DNA from: Rickettsiales bacterium
GTDB lineage: Bacteria; Pseudomonadota; Alphaproteobacteria; Rickettsiales; UBA1997
Direction of reading: 5' to 3'
Assembly: GCA_947425005.1 (NCBI GenBank)
Contig: CANDYP010000001.1
Coordinates: forward strand, 1 to 59,567
Length of the DNA stretch: 59,567 nt
Shown here: positions 1 through 8,118 of the stretch, piece after piece
Layout: each line of letters starts with the position of its first letter
Position numbering within the stretch: the first letter of the stretch is position 1
The notes under the pieces: model-generated
The model's database searches: none
What the model was told of the DNA's origin: nothing
The model's input: only the letters and a program-made list of their open reading frames with translations
Program-made: the position numbers and the translations under genes

Positions 1-59
1 TTTTTACCGTCCGCGAAGTGTTTCCCTCCTCCTTCGAAATCCCCAAAAAAATTCAAAAA

Positions 60-1415
60 ATGCTCAAAGAACAGGACAAGATCTTTACCAATCTTTACGG
101 CTTTCAGTCGCCTAATTTAGACGCTGCAAAAAAAAGAGGAGACTGGTCTGAAACTAAAAAATTTCTTGATTCTGGTGCGGAATGGTTGATTCAGCAAATT
201 AAAGATTCTGGCCTGCGCGGCCGCGGTGGCGCTGGTTTTCCGACTGGCACTAAATGGTCTTTTGTGCCAAAAAAATCCGATCCAAATTTGAACCCTCTTG
301 CCACGCAACTTGCGACCGCGTCGCAAACGCGTGACCTCTCCCTAAACAGGGAGAAGGAAGGCAAGCCGCACTATTTAGTAATTAATGCTGACGAATCTGA
401 GCCGGGCACTTGCAAAGATCGCGACATCTTGCGTAACGATCCGCACAAACTTTTGGAAGGTTGTCTAATTGCCGCTCGCGCCATTAATGCCAACACTTGC
501 TACATCTACGTTCGTGGTGAATATTACAACGAAGCCGTCGCATTGCAGCGTGCAATCGACGAAGCTTACGACGCTAATTTAATCGGAAAAAATGCCTGCA
601 ATTCTGGTTGGGATTTAGACATCTTTGTGCATCGCGGCGCCGGTGCCTACATATGCGGAGAAGAAACCGCCTTGCTGGAAAGTTTGGAAGGAAATAAAGG
701 TCAACCCCGTCTGAAGCCGCCATTTCCGGCGCTTATCGGGCTTTACGGCTGTCCGACGGTAATTAATAATGTTGAATCAATCGCGGTCGTTCCGGAAATT
801 TTACGTCGCGGACCAGCGTGGTTTGCGGCTTTGGGGCGCGAAAGAAATACCGGCACTAAAGTTTTTTGTATTTCCGGTCACGTCAACAAACCCTGCAATG
901 TTGAAGAAGAAATGGGAATTCCTCTGCGCGAATTAATCGAAAAACATGCTGGCGGCGTGCGTGGCGGCTGGGATAATTTACTCGCAATAATTCCGGGCGG
1001 ATCGTCAGTTCCAATGCTTAACAAAGAAGTTTGCGACACGGTTTTAATGGATTTCGATTCACTGAAAGCGGCAGGCTCCGGCCTTGGTACCGCTGGCGTC
1101 ATCGTGATGGATAAATCGACTGACATCGTTGCTGCCATCGCTCGACTTTCGCATTTCTACAAACACGAATCTTGCGGACAATGCACGCCATGTCGCGAAG
1201 GCACGGGCTGGCTGATGCGCATCATGGATCGCATGATTGACGGCAGAGCTGAAATCAAAGAAATCGACAAGCTTTACGATTTAACTAAACAAATTGAAGG
1301 CCACACAATCTGCGCTTTGGGTGATGCCGCCGCCTGGCCGGTTCAAGGTTTAATCAAAAATTTCCGCGGGGAGATGGAGAAGAGGATTGAGAGGAATAAG
1401 GCGCATTCGAATTAA
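60..1415 (+). CDS. nuoF: NADH-quinone oxidoreductase subunit F (complex I 51-kDa subunit) with an unusual ~24-aa in-frame insertion
   Basis: Translation carries NuoF hallmarks: [26 protein letters not shown] and the 4Fe-4S motif [12 protein letters not shown]. The ORF opens at GTG 18, but ATG 60 gives [14 protein letters not shown], the usual NuoF N-terminus. Confidence 0.9.
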   Translation: MLKEQDKIFTNLYGFQSPNLDAAKKRGDWSETKKFLDSGAEWLIQQIKDSGLRGRGGAGFPTGTKWSFVPKKSDPNLNPLATQLATASQTRDLSLNREKEGKPHYLVINADESEPGTCKDRDILRNDPHKLLEGCLIAARAINANTCYIYVRGEYYNEAVALQRAIDEAYDANLIGKNACNSGWDLDIFVHRGAGAYICGEETALLESLEGNKGQPRLKPPFPALIGLYGCPTVINNVESIAVVPEILRRGPAWFAALGRERNTGTKVFCISGHVNKPCNVEEEMGIPLRELIEKHAGGVRGGWDNLLAIIPGGSSVPMLNKEVCDTVLMDFDSLKAAGSGLGTAGVIVMDKSTDIVAAIARLSHFYKHESCGQCTPCREGTGWLMRIMDRMIDGRAEIKEIDKLYDLTKQIEGHTICALGDAAAWPVQGLIKNFRGEMEKRIERNKAHSN

Positions 1416-1436
1416 ATAAAATCTGAGTCAGTTCAA

Positions 1437-1520
1437 GAAACCCCCCTACCCCCCTTGTCAGGGGGGCTTGATCGAGCTCGGGTTAACGCCCCCCTGATAA
1501 GGGGGGTAGGGGGGTTTTTC
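1437..1520. repeat. GC-rich nested palindromic element, copy 1 (C6/G6-tract family)
   Basis: GAAACCCCCCTACCCCCCTTGTCAGGGGGGCTTGATCGAGCTCGGGTTAACGCCCCCCTGATAAGGGGGGTAGGGGGGTTTTTC. Outer and inner arms are self-complementary. It starts 22 nt after the nuoF stop and matches the other copies in the window. Confidence 0.9.
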
Positions 1521-1561
1521 ATCCCCAGCACAAACTTCGCACAAACTAATCACTCCAACTC

Positions 1562-2758
1562 ATGCAAAAAATCGTCGCACTAATCACCGCCTGTGGTCGC
1601 GGAAATCGCTTCAATCGTGGCGAAGGAATTCCCAAGCAATATTTATCTCTTGCCGGCGTACCACTTTTGCGCCACTCGATCCTCGCATTCTTAAATCATC
1701 CCAAAATCGACGACGTGATTTGCGTGATTCATCCCGAAGACATGGGGATGTACGAAGAAGCGGTTGCTGGTCTTGATTTGTTAAATCCAGTCTACGGCGG
1801 CGACACTCGCCAAGCCTCGATTCGCCTCGGCCTAGAAGCTTTGCGCGAATATGCGCCCGACAAAGTTTTAATTCACGACGGCGTGCGTCCTTTTGTTTCT
1901 AAGCGCATCATCAACGGCATTTTGGAAAAATTAGAAACTCATCCGGCGGTGATTCCGGCGGTTGCAGTGGAAGACACGCTCAAAAAATATTCTGACGGAA
2001 AAATTGAATGGACCTTGGAGCGCGAAAATTTGTGGCGGGCTCAAACCCCGCAGGGCTTCATTTTCGAAGATATTTTAAATTCTCACATCGCGTTTAAAGA
2101 TTTACATTTTACCGACGATTCGTCGCTCAACGAATATGCGGGAATTCCGGTGGCGATTGTTCCGGGTTCGCAAAATAATTTTAAAATCACAACAGAAGAA
2201 GACTTTGAACGCGCTAAGCGCATGGTCTCGATGCTGATTAAAACTGTGAAAGAAGAAAATCGCTGCGGCACTGGTTTTGATGTTCACGCGTTTCGCGAGC
2301 GCAAGAAAGACGAAGATGATTCGATTCGCTTGTGCGGAGTTGACGTAAAATTCGACAAAAAAATTGTTGCTCATTCAGACGGTGACGTCGGCATTCACGC
2401 TGCCATTGACGCGCTTTTGGGTGCTATTGGCGCTGGCGACATCGGCGAACATTTTCCGCCTTCGGATTCAAAATGGAAAAATATCGACTCGCGCGAAATG
2501 CTAAAAATTATTCGCCATTTATTGATAAAAAAAGGTGCGACAGTTTTGAATCTTGACCTCACGGTGATTTGTGAAAAGCCAAAAATTTCTAAGTTGAAGG
2601 GCAAGATGGAAGAAGAGTTGGCAAGGGTTTTGGGAATCTCTGCAAGCCGCGTTAATGTGAAGGCTACAACTACCGAGAAGTTGGGGTTTCTGGGGCGCGA
2701 AGAGGGAATTGCCGCGCAAGCTGTGGCGTCGGTTTGGATGGCAGTGACCGAAGAATAA
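1562..2758 (+). CDS. ispDF: bifunctional 2-C-methyl-D-erythritol 4-phosphate cytidylyltransferase / 2-C-methyl-D-erythritol 2,4-cyclodiphosphate synthase
   Basis: 398-aa fusion. The N-terminal half is IspD-like (AACGRGNRF, IHDGVRPF). The C-terminal half is IspF-like (GTGFDVHAF, AHSDGDVGIHA, GEHFPPSD). Confidence 0.9.
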   Translation: MQKIVALITACGRGNRFNRGEGIPKQYLSLAGVPLLRHSILAFLNHPKIDDVICVIHPEDMGMYEEAVAGLDLLNPVYGGDTRQASIRLGLEALREYAPDKVLIHDGVRPFVSKRIINGILEKLETHPAVIPAVAVEDTLKKYSDGKIEWTLERENLWRAQTPQGFIFEDILNSHIAFKDLHFTDDSSLNEYAGIPVAIVPGSQNNFKITTEEDFERAKRMVSMLIKTVKEENRCGTGFDVHAFRERKKDEDDSIRLCGVDVKFDKKIVAHSDGDVGIHAAIDALLGAIGAGDIGEHFPPSDSKWKNIDSREMLKIIRHLLIKKGATVLNLDLTVICEKPKISKLKGKMEEELARVLGISASRVNVKATTTEKLGFLGREEGIAAQAVASVWMAVTEE

Positions 2759-2759
2759 T

Positions 2760-3548
2760 TTATTTAGTGCGCGCCACTTCCAAAGATTTCTCCTGCAACC
2801 AATTCATCCTCTCTTCAATCGTAATTTTGAGCTGCTCCATCTCCTCCTTGTTCGCATCTTTCGCCACGTAAAATGGTTTTTCGTCCAAATAAAAACACAG
2901 AGTTGAAAAGGGCAGTGGGATTTTAAATTGGTCCCAAGTCTTGAGCTGCAAGAATTTCGAAGACGAACAAGATGCTGCCAAAATTCCTGCCTGAGCAATG
3001 CGCGCAATATTTACAATCTCACCATTAATTTTCTGATTAGGTCCGCGTGGCCCGTCGGGTGTGATGTTCAGCGAGTAGCCTTTTTTCAAGCCCTCGAAGA
3101 TTTTTTTGAAGCTGCCAATGTCGATGCCGCGTGAGGATTTGCGCCCATCGCGCGAAGATCCTAAAATCGAAATCAATCCGAACTTCTCCATTATTCTGCC
3201 CACGAAACGGCCGTCACCGTGGCGTGAAGCTAGTGTCATGTAGTTGCAATCGGGGTAAAGTTTTTTGGGCTCTTGCGTGACGAAAGGGGCGATCATCAAG
3301 CGATTGTGCCAAAAGACAATCAACAGCGGCAGCTTGTTTTTCGCGGCATCCAGCACCGAATTCTGATTAATAAAAATCCGACGACTGCTGTAAAAAACCA
3401 AATTCATGTAGCCCAAAAAAATCAAACAAAGCAGCTCTTGAAACAGCCAGCTGTACGTAATTTTCCGCAGCAATACTTTGAATTTGGTTTTGACGTCGTA
3501 CCATTCAAGGTCGGTCTGAACGCCAAATATTTTCCATTTTTTAGCCAT
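2760..3548 (-). CDS. DUF374-type lysophospholipid acyltransferase family protein
   Basis: 262-aa ORF with an N-terminal TM segment, FWHNRLM, ASRHGDGR and ITPDGPRGP motifs typical of DUF374 proteins. The product name is recalled from family knowledge. Confidence 0.6.
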   Translation of the reverse strand: MAKKWKIFGVQTDLEWYDVKTKFKVLLRKITYSWLFQELLCLIFLGYMNLVFYSSRRIFINQNSVLDAAKNKLPLLIVFWHNRLMIAPFVTQEPKKLYPDCNYMTLASRHGDGRFVGRIMEKFGLISILGSSRDGRKSSRGIDIGSFKKIFEGLKKGYSLNITPDGPRGPNQKINGEIVNIARIAQAGILAASCSSSKFLQLKTWDQFKIPLPFSTLCFYLDEKPFYVAKDANKEEMEQLKITIEERMNWLQEKSLEVARTK

Positions 3549-3614
3549 TTTTTAGAAAATCTAAAATAGTTGTTAGTTTTTTGAGCCCAACAGTATCAAC
3601 GATTAAAAGCGGCC

Positions 3615-3654
3615 CTTCTCCTAATCTTCTCCTAATCTTCTCCTAATCTTCTCC
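3615..3654. repeat. 11-bp tandem repeat CTTCTCCTAAT x3.6 spanning the stop codon of CDS 3632-5284
   Basis: Direct reading shows units at 3615-3625, 3626-3636 and 3637-3647, plus a partial unit at 3648-3654. The stop codon (3632-3634) lies in the second unit. Confidence 0.9.
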
Positions 3655-5284
3655 ATTTAGGAGATCGAAATGTTCCGCAGTTTTTGATGGCCTTATCTTT
3701 CTTGGACATTTCTTGTAGCAGGTTATCTATTTTTTTCTTTTTTGCCTCAATGGATAAAATATCTGACAAATATCCCATTAAGATTTCGTCAATATCTTTG
3801 CGAGACATCTCTTTAAATTTATCTAAATATTCCAGCACCCACGCTTTGTACTGTTGCTTGGAAAATGCTCTATTTTTAATGTATTTTTCTTTTTGATTTG
3901 TGGCTGAGGCAATTTCAGCAGCGATAAAATAGCGGGGCTTTCTACCTTCAATTAAATTCTGCTTCTTAAGAATTTTAACATCTTCATTGCCTACGGGAAG
4001 ATTTTTTTGAATGCGATCAAGCAGAAGGGTCGTCGGAAAATCTAAATCTTTTTCCATTAAAATTTGCGAAAATCTCTCATCAATTATTTTGCCGTAAATT
4101 GTTACGGACACTTCTCTGTTATCAGTTCTGTAGTCAGGTGCCGGAAAAAATTTTCTAATTTGTGCTAGATAAATTTTGTTGATACCGCTGCCTTCGGTAT
4201 CAACAATGCCAAGCTCGCGCATTGCATCGGCTAGAAATTTATTGCGATATTTTTTTGGTGTTTTCGTGCCCTCGATGTAATCCTCTACCTTGCCCTCAAA
4301 AAAATCTCCGGCGTTTTCAAAAATTAAGCGGTCGGGTTTTTCGTTTAGTACTATTCTGTTGTTTTCAGTGTAGTCTTGATGAGCAATGCAGTTGTTCAGA
4401 GCTTCTAGAACCGCTTCGGAGTCGTATTTATCAACCGAGTCCGGATACAAGCTGTTATTGGTAAAAACTTTAACCTTGTTGTTTCTGATATCGTTCCAAG
4501 TGTCGTTCAGCGTTAAAAAAAAGGGAGGATGAAAAGTTTTCGAGGTGATTTCATTCGGAGCCAAATTCCATCCAACCAATCTGTGTATTATCTCTGCTTG
4601 CGACGGTATCAAAAAATTGGCTGATTCGGGCTTTCCCAATAAAATTAAGGACGTGCGTGTAATTTTACCGTCAATGGTAATGCGTGCCTTATCGAGTAAA
4701 AGCTGTTGATTTGTCAAATGAGTCAAATTCCTTCTCTTCTCTCTAATCTTGTCGCAAGCCTTATTTACAGCTTCTGGAGAGAGGTCTTCAAAAGAGGCCT
4801 CTTTAATAATTTGCGCTGACCAGTCTGTATCGGAGTTGTAAATTTTTTGTAAAAGATCGGAATATTTTTCATTTCTCAAATCAACGATATGGCTGTTGAT
4901 GCGGCCCCAAGACGTCTTGTTGTAAAGAACGGGCTCCCCCTTCGCAGCTGTAAATTTAAACAAAACAATCGGAGCTTCTTTGTAAGAAAAGCGATGGATT
5001 TCAAATTTTGTTTTGGGGCTGATATGTGTTCTGAAATGCAGCTCGAGAGGTTTCTTATTCTCTTCAAAAGTGAGTTTTGTTCCCTTGATGTTGTGGCTGA
5101 GATCCTCAATTCCAAATACCAGAAAGCCAAAGTCTTTATTGCGCAAGCAAGCCCCATTTGCTAAGGCGGAGAAATATTTTCCTAATTCGTCAAAGTCATA
5201 AAAACTTTGTTTGAATTCGGTAAATTCATTTTCCCCTTCCAGCAAAAGTTCTTCCAAAAGTTTTTGCAGTTCTGTTTCGGTCAT
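3632..5284 (-). CDS. AlbA_2 (Schlafen-like) / HATPase_c_4 domain putative transcriptional regulator (RecG-like ATP-binding protein)
   Basis: The N-terminus LEGENEFTEFKQSF...LVFGIED resembles the AlbA_2 DNA-binding domain. The central ALNNCIAHQDY...ENAGDF...RNKFLADAMRELGIVDTEGSGINKI resembles HATPase_c_4. A C-terminal wHTH-like tail follows. Accessory-type gene. Confidence 0.65.
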   Translation of the reverse strand: MTETELQKLLEELLLEGENEFTEFKQSFYDFDELGKYFSALANGACLRNKDFGFLVFGIEDLSHNIKGTKLTFEENKKPLELHFRTHISPKTKFEIHRFSYKEAPIVLFKFTAAKGEPVLYNKTSWGRINSHIVDLRNEKYSDLLQKIYNSDTDWSAQIIKEASFEDLSPEAVNKACDKIREKRRNLTHLTNQQLLLDKARITIDGKITRTSLILLGKPESANFLIPSQAEIIHRLVGWNLAPNEITSKTFHPPFFLTLNDTWNDIRNNKVKVFTNNSLYPDSVDKYDSEAVLEALNNCIAHQDYTENNRIVLNEKPDRLIFENAGDFFEGKVEDYIEGTKTPKKYRNKFLADAMRELGIVDTEGSGINKIYLAQIRKFFPAPDYRTDNREVSVTIYGKIIDERFSQILMEKDLDFPTTLLLDRIQKNLPVGNEDVKILKKQNLIEGRKPRYFIAAEIASATNQKEKYIKNRAFSKQQYKAWVLEYLDKFKEMSRKDIDEILMGYLSDILSIEAKKKKIDNLLQEMSKKDKAIKNCGTFRSPKWRRLGED

Positions 5285-5305
5285 CTGGTGAAATGATGTT
5301 GGTTG

Positions 5306-5959
5306 CTAAATTTTTTGCCCAGTGCCGGCCCAATCTTTCACAAAAGTTTCGAGGCCTGAGGTGGTCAACGGGTGAGAGATTAATTGTTTGAGAACTTTGC
5401 CCGGGATGGTGGCGACGTCGGCGCCCATTCTGGCGGCGGCGGTGATGTGGATTGGGTTGCGGATGGAGGCCACTAGAACTTCGGTTTTAAATTCCGGGTA
5501 ATTGGAGTAGATGTCGCAGATTTCTTCGATCAACGCCATGCCGTCCTGACCAATATCATCAAGCCTTCCCACAAAAGGTGACACGAAAGTGGCGCCGGCT
5601 TTGGCGGCCAAAATTGCCTGAGCGGCAGAGAAGCAAAGTGTGACGTTGGTTTGAATTCCTTTGTCGGAAAAATATTTGCAGGCCTTTAATCCGTCGAGTG
5701 TCATCGGCAATTTGATGCAGACATTTTTGGCGATTTTGGCCAAGATTTCGCCTTCGCGAACCATTTCAGAGTAAGTGGTGGCAGCAACTTCGGCACTGAC
5801 TGGGCCGGAAACGATTTTACAAATTTCGGCAATCACTTCTTTAAAATCGCGACCGGATTTGGCGATTAAACTTGGATTGGTAGTAACGCCATCAAGAAGG
5901 CCAATGTCGGCGATTTCTTTGATTTCAGCAATTTCAGCAGAGTCGATGAAAAATTTCAT
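5306..5959 (-). CDS. tal: transaldolase, short fructose-6-phosphate aldolase-like type
   Basis: 217 aa. [15 protein letters not shown]...[15 protein letters not shown] and the KIP/LP Schiff-base region are typical of type 3B transaldolases. Confidence 0.85.
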   Translation of the reverse strand: MKFFIDSAEIAEIKEIADIGLLDGVTTNPSLIAKSGRDFKEVIAEICKIVSGPVSAEVAATTYSEMVREGEILAKIAKNVCIKLPMTLDGLKACKYFSDKGIQTNVTLCFSAAQAILAAKAGATFVSPFVGRLDDIGQDGMALIEEICDIYSNYPEFKTEVLVASIRNPIHITAAARMGADVATIPGKVLKQLISHPLTTSGLETFVKDWAGTGQKI

Positions 5960-6044
5960 AAAGTTTTTTGTTTGAATTTTGGAAGGAGGAGCTGTTGGGT
6001 GAGGGCCCTGAAATTAACCCTCCCGAATCTCTTAATCAACCTTC

Positions 6045-8090
6045 ATGTCGAAAATTTTTGCGCAAGTTTTGTTGCCATTGGCACTTGACGAGCCCTTCAC
6101 CTACAAGGCTGTGAGCGGGGTCGAAGAAGGTGATGTGGTACGCGTGGAATTTGGCAAAAAAGAAATTTGGGGAGTGGTGACTGCGGTTGGTTTTGATGCG
6201 CCGCAAAATTTTTCTGAAGCCAAAATCAAAAATATTTTAGAGACAAATTCGCGACTAAAATTCACTAAATCGCAGTTAAAGTTTATTGAGACTATTGCGA
6301 CGTACAACCTTGCTAGTCGTGGTTTGGTACTACGTGCTTTTATCGGAATTTTAAACTCGGATAAGGTCAAAAAAATTCCTGAAGCTTTGCAGCAAAAAGT
6401 TGCTCCGGAAAATTTTTCGCTAAAAAAATTATTGCCCAAGCAGCAAGAAATTTTTGATCAACTTGCGGTGATGATGACGGCGGAGCCCGTATCAGGTCAG
6501 TCCGTATTTCTTCTCGACGGAGTTACTGGCTCTGGCAAAACTGAAATTTATTTTGCGCTGATTGCCAAAATTTTAGCAAAGAGCGCGTCGGGGACTTCGC
6601 CCTCCACACTTGTCACCCCGCCGTATGACGTGGTCCATCGCGATGCGACACAAGTCCTTATCCTCCTCCCAGAAATTGCTCTCACCAGCCAATTGCTTCT
6701 GCGCTTCGAAGAGCAATTCGGTTTTAAACCCGCTCTCTGGCATTCCAAAATTTCTAAGAAAGAGAAGCGTGAAATTTTTTACGGTGTTGCGGAAGGGTCG
6801 GTTCGAGTCTTGATCGGCGCACGTTCGGCCCTGTTGCTTCCTTTCAAAAATCTGCGCTTAATCATCATTGATGAAGAGCACGATTCCTCTTTCAAACAAG
6901 AAGACGTCTTCAATTTTCACGCCCGTGACATGGCGATTGTTAAAGCGAAACTAGAAAATTTTCCGGTCGTTTTGTCGTCAGCAACGCCAGCGCTTGAGAC
7001 TTACGCCAATGCCGTTTCCGGCAAGTACCACCATTTTATTTTGGAGCAAAGATTTGGTCAAAAAAACGCCGTAGAATTGGTCGATTTGCGTCGCGAAAAA
7101 ATGCAATCGAACGAATTTATTTCGCAAAAATTACGCGAAGAAATGGCGCGAAATTTGGAGCGAGGTAAACAGAGTTTGCTTTTTCTCAATCGCCGCGGAT
7201 ACGCGCCAGTTACGCTTTGCAAGACATGTGGAAAAAAATATCAATGCGCCGATTGCGACTTTCATTTGGTGTTGCACAAGTCCAAACACAAGTTGGTTTG
7301 CCACCATTGCGGACATCAGGAAAAACTTTGCCACGAGTGCAAATTTTGTGGTGAGAAGGATGCGATTATTTCGGTCGGAGTCGGCGTGGAGAAGGTTGCG
7401 GAAGAGGTCGCCAGAATTTTTCCGGAAGTCAGAATCGCGCTGGTTACTAGCGACAATGTTAGCAGTTTTGACGACGTCGACAAACTGGTGTCGCAAATTT
7501 TAAATCGTGAAATTGACGTCATTATCGGCACGCAGATGATTGCCAAAGGCCACGATTTTCCTGATCTGACCTTGGTTGGAATCATTGATGCGGACTCGTC
7601 ACTTTATTCCTCCGAGCTGCGCGCTTTGGAGAAAACTTACCAAATGTTAACCCAGGTAATCGGCCGGGCAGGAAGGCGTGAGGAGCAAGGCCGAGTCTTG
7701 ATTCAGACCTACAATCCTGACAATTTTATTTTCGAGCAAATCATCAAAAGTGACAAAAAATCTTTTTACGAATTTGAAAGAAAAAATCGCGAGATGCTTG
7801 ACCTGCCGCCATTTTCAAGGCTTGCCAGATTTGAAATCAGCGCCTTCGCCGAAGCTGAAGCCAAAAATTTTGCCAAAAAATTAATCCAACATTTCCCTCT
7901 CAGCGACAAAATCGAAATCTACGGCCCCGCTCCAGCGGCACTTCAACGCCTAAAAAACCGCCACCATTTTTTTGTGAATCTGAAAGTGGAAAAAAAAGTA
8001 AACCTGCAAAAATTAATTTCCGACGTGATAAAAAGTTTGAAAATTCCAAACTCGGTGCGAGTTAGAATTGATGTCGATCCGGTGAGCTGA
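6045..8090 (+). CDS. priA: primosomal replication protein N' (PriA helicase) with a ~21-aa insertion after Walker A
   Basis: 681 aa. Has Walker A GVTGSGKTEIYF, a DEEHD box, the Cys-rich zinc region CKTCGKKYQCADCD...CHHCGH...CKFCG, and GTQMIAKGHDFP. Confidence 0.9.
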   Translation: MSKIFAQVLLPLALDEPFTYKAVSGVEEGDVVRVEFGKKEIWGVVTAVGFDAPQNFSEAKIKNILETNSRLKFTKSQLKFIETIATYNLASRGLVLRAFIGILNSDKVKKIPEALQQKVAPENFSLKKLLPKQQEIFDQLAVMMTAEPVSGQSVFLLDGVTGSGKTEIYFALIAKILAKSASGTSPSTLVTPPYDVVHRDATQVLILLPEIALTSQLLLRFEEQFGFKPALWHSKISKKEKREIFYGVAEGSVRVLIGARSALLLPFKNLRLIIIDEEHDSSFKQEDVFNFHARDMAIVKAKLENFPVVLSSATPALETYANAVSGKYHHFILEQRFGQKNAVELVDLRREKMQSNEFISQKLREEMARNLERGKQSLLFLNRRGYAPVTLCKTCGKKYQCADCDFHLVLHKSKHKLVCHHCGHQEKLCHECKFCGEKDAIISVGVGVEKVAEEVARIFPEVRIALVTSDNVSSFDDVDKLVSQILNREIDVIIGTQMIAKGHDFPDLTLVGIIDADSSLYSSELRALEKTYQMLTQVIGRAGRREEQGRVLIQTYNPDNFIFEQIIKSDKKSFYEFERKNREMLDLPPFSRLARFEISAFAEAEAKNFAKKLIQHFPLSDKIEIYGPAPAALQRLKNRHHFFVNLKVEKKVNLQKLISDVIKSLKIPNSVRVRIDVDPVS

Positions 8091-8116
8091 TGGGTGGAGG
8101 GGGTCTCGTCACAAAC
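8086..8116. repeat. degenerate solo right end of the palindromic element family
   Basis: CTGATGGGTGGAGGGGGTCTCGTCACAAAC resembles the family right end CTGATAAGGGGGGTAGGGGGGTTTCTCGTCACAG..ACAAAC. It overlaps the priA stop and borders the hipBA module. Confidence 0.45.
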
Positions 8117-8118
8117 TC

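Noticed and set aside
1437-1520. Possibility that the recurring palindromic repeats are a CRISPR array.
   Set aside because: The copies are dispersed kilobases apart at gene ends, not regularly spaced with short unique spacers. They are 85-118 bp nested palindromes, and no cas genes are present.
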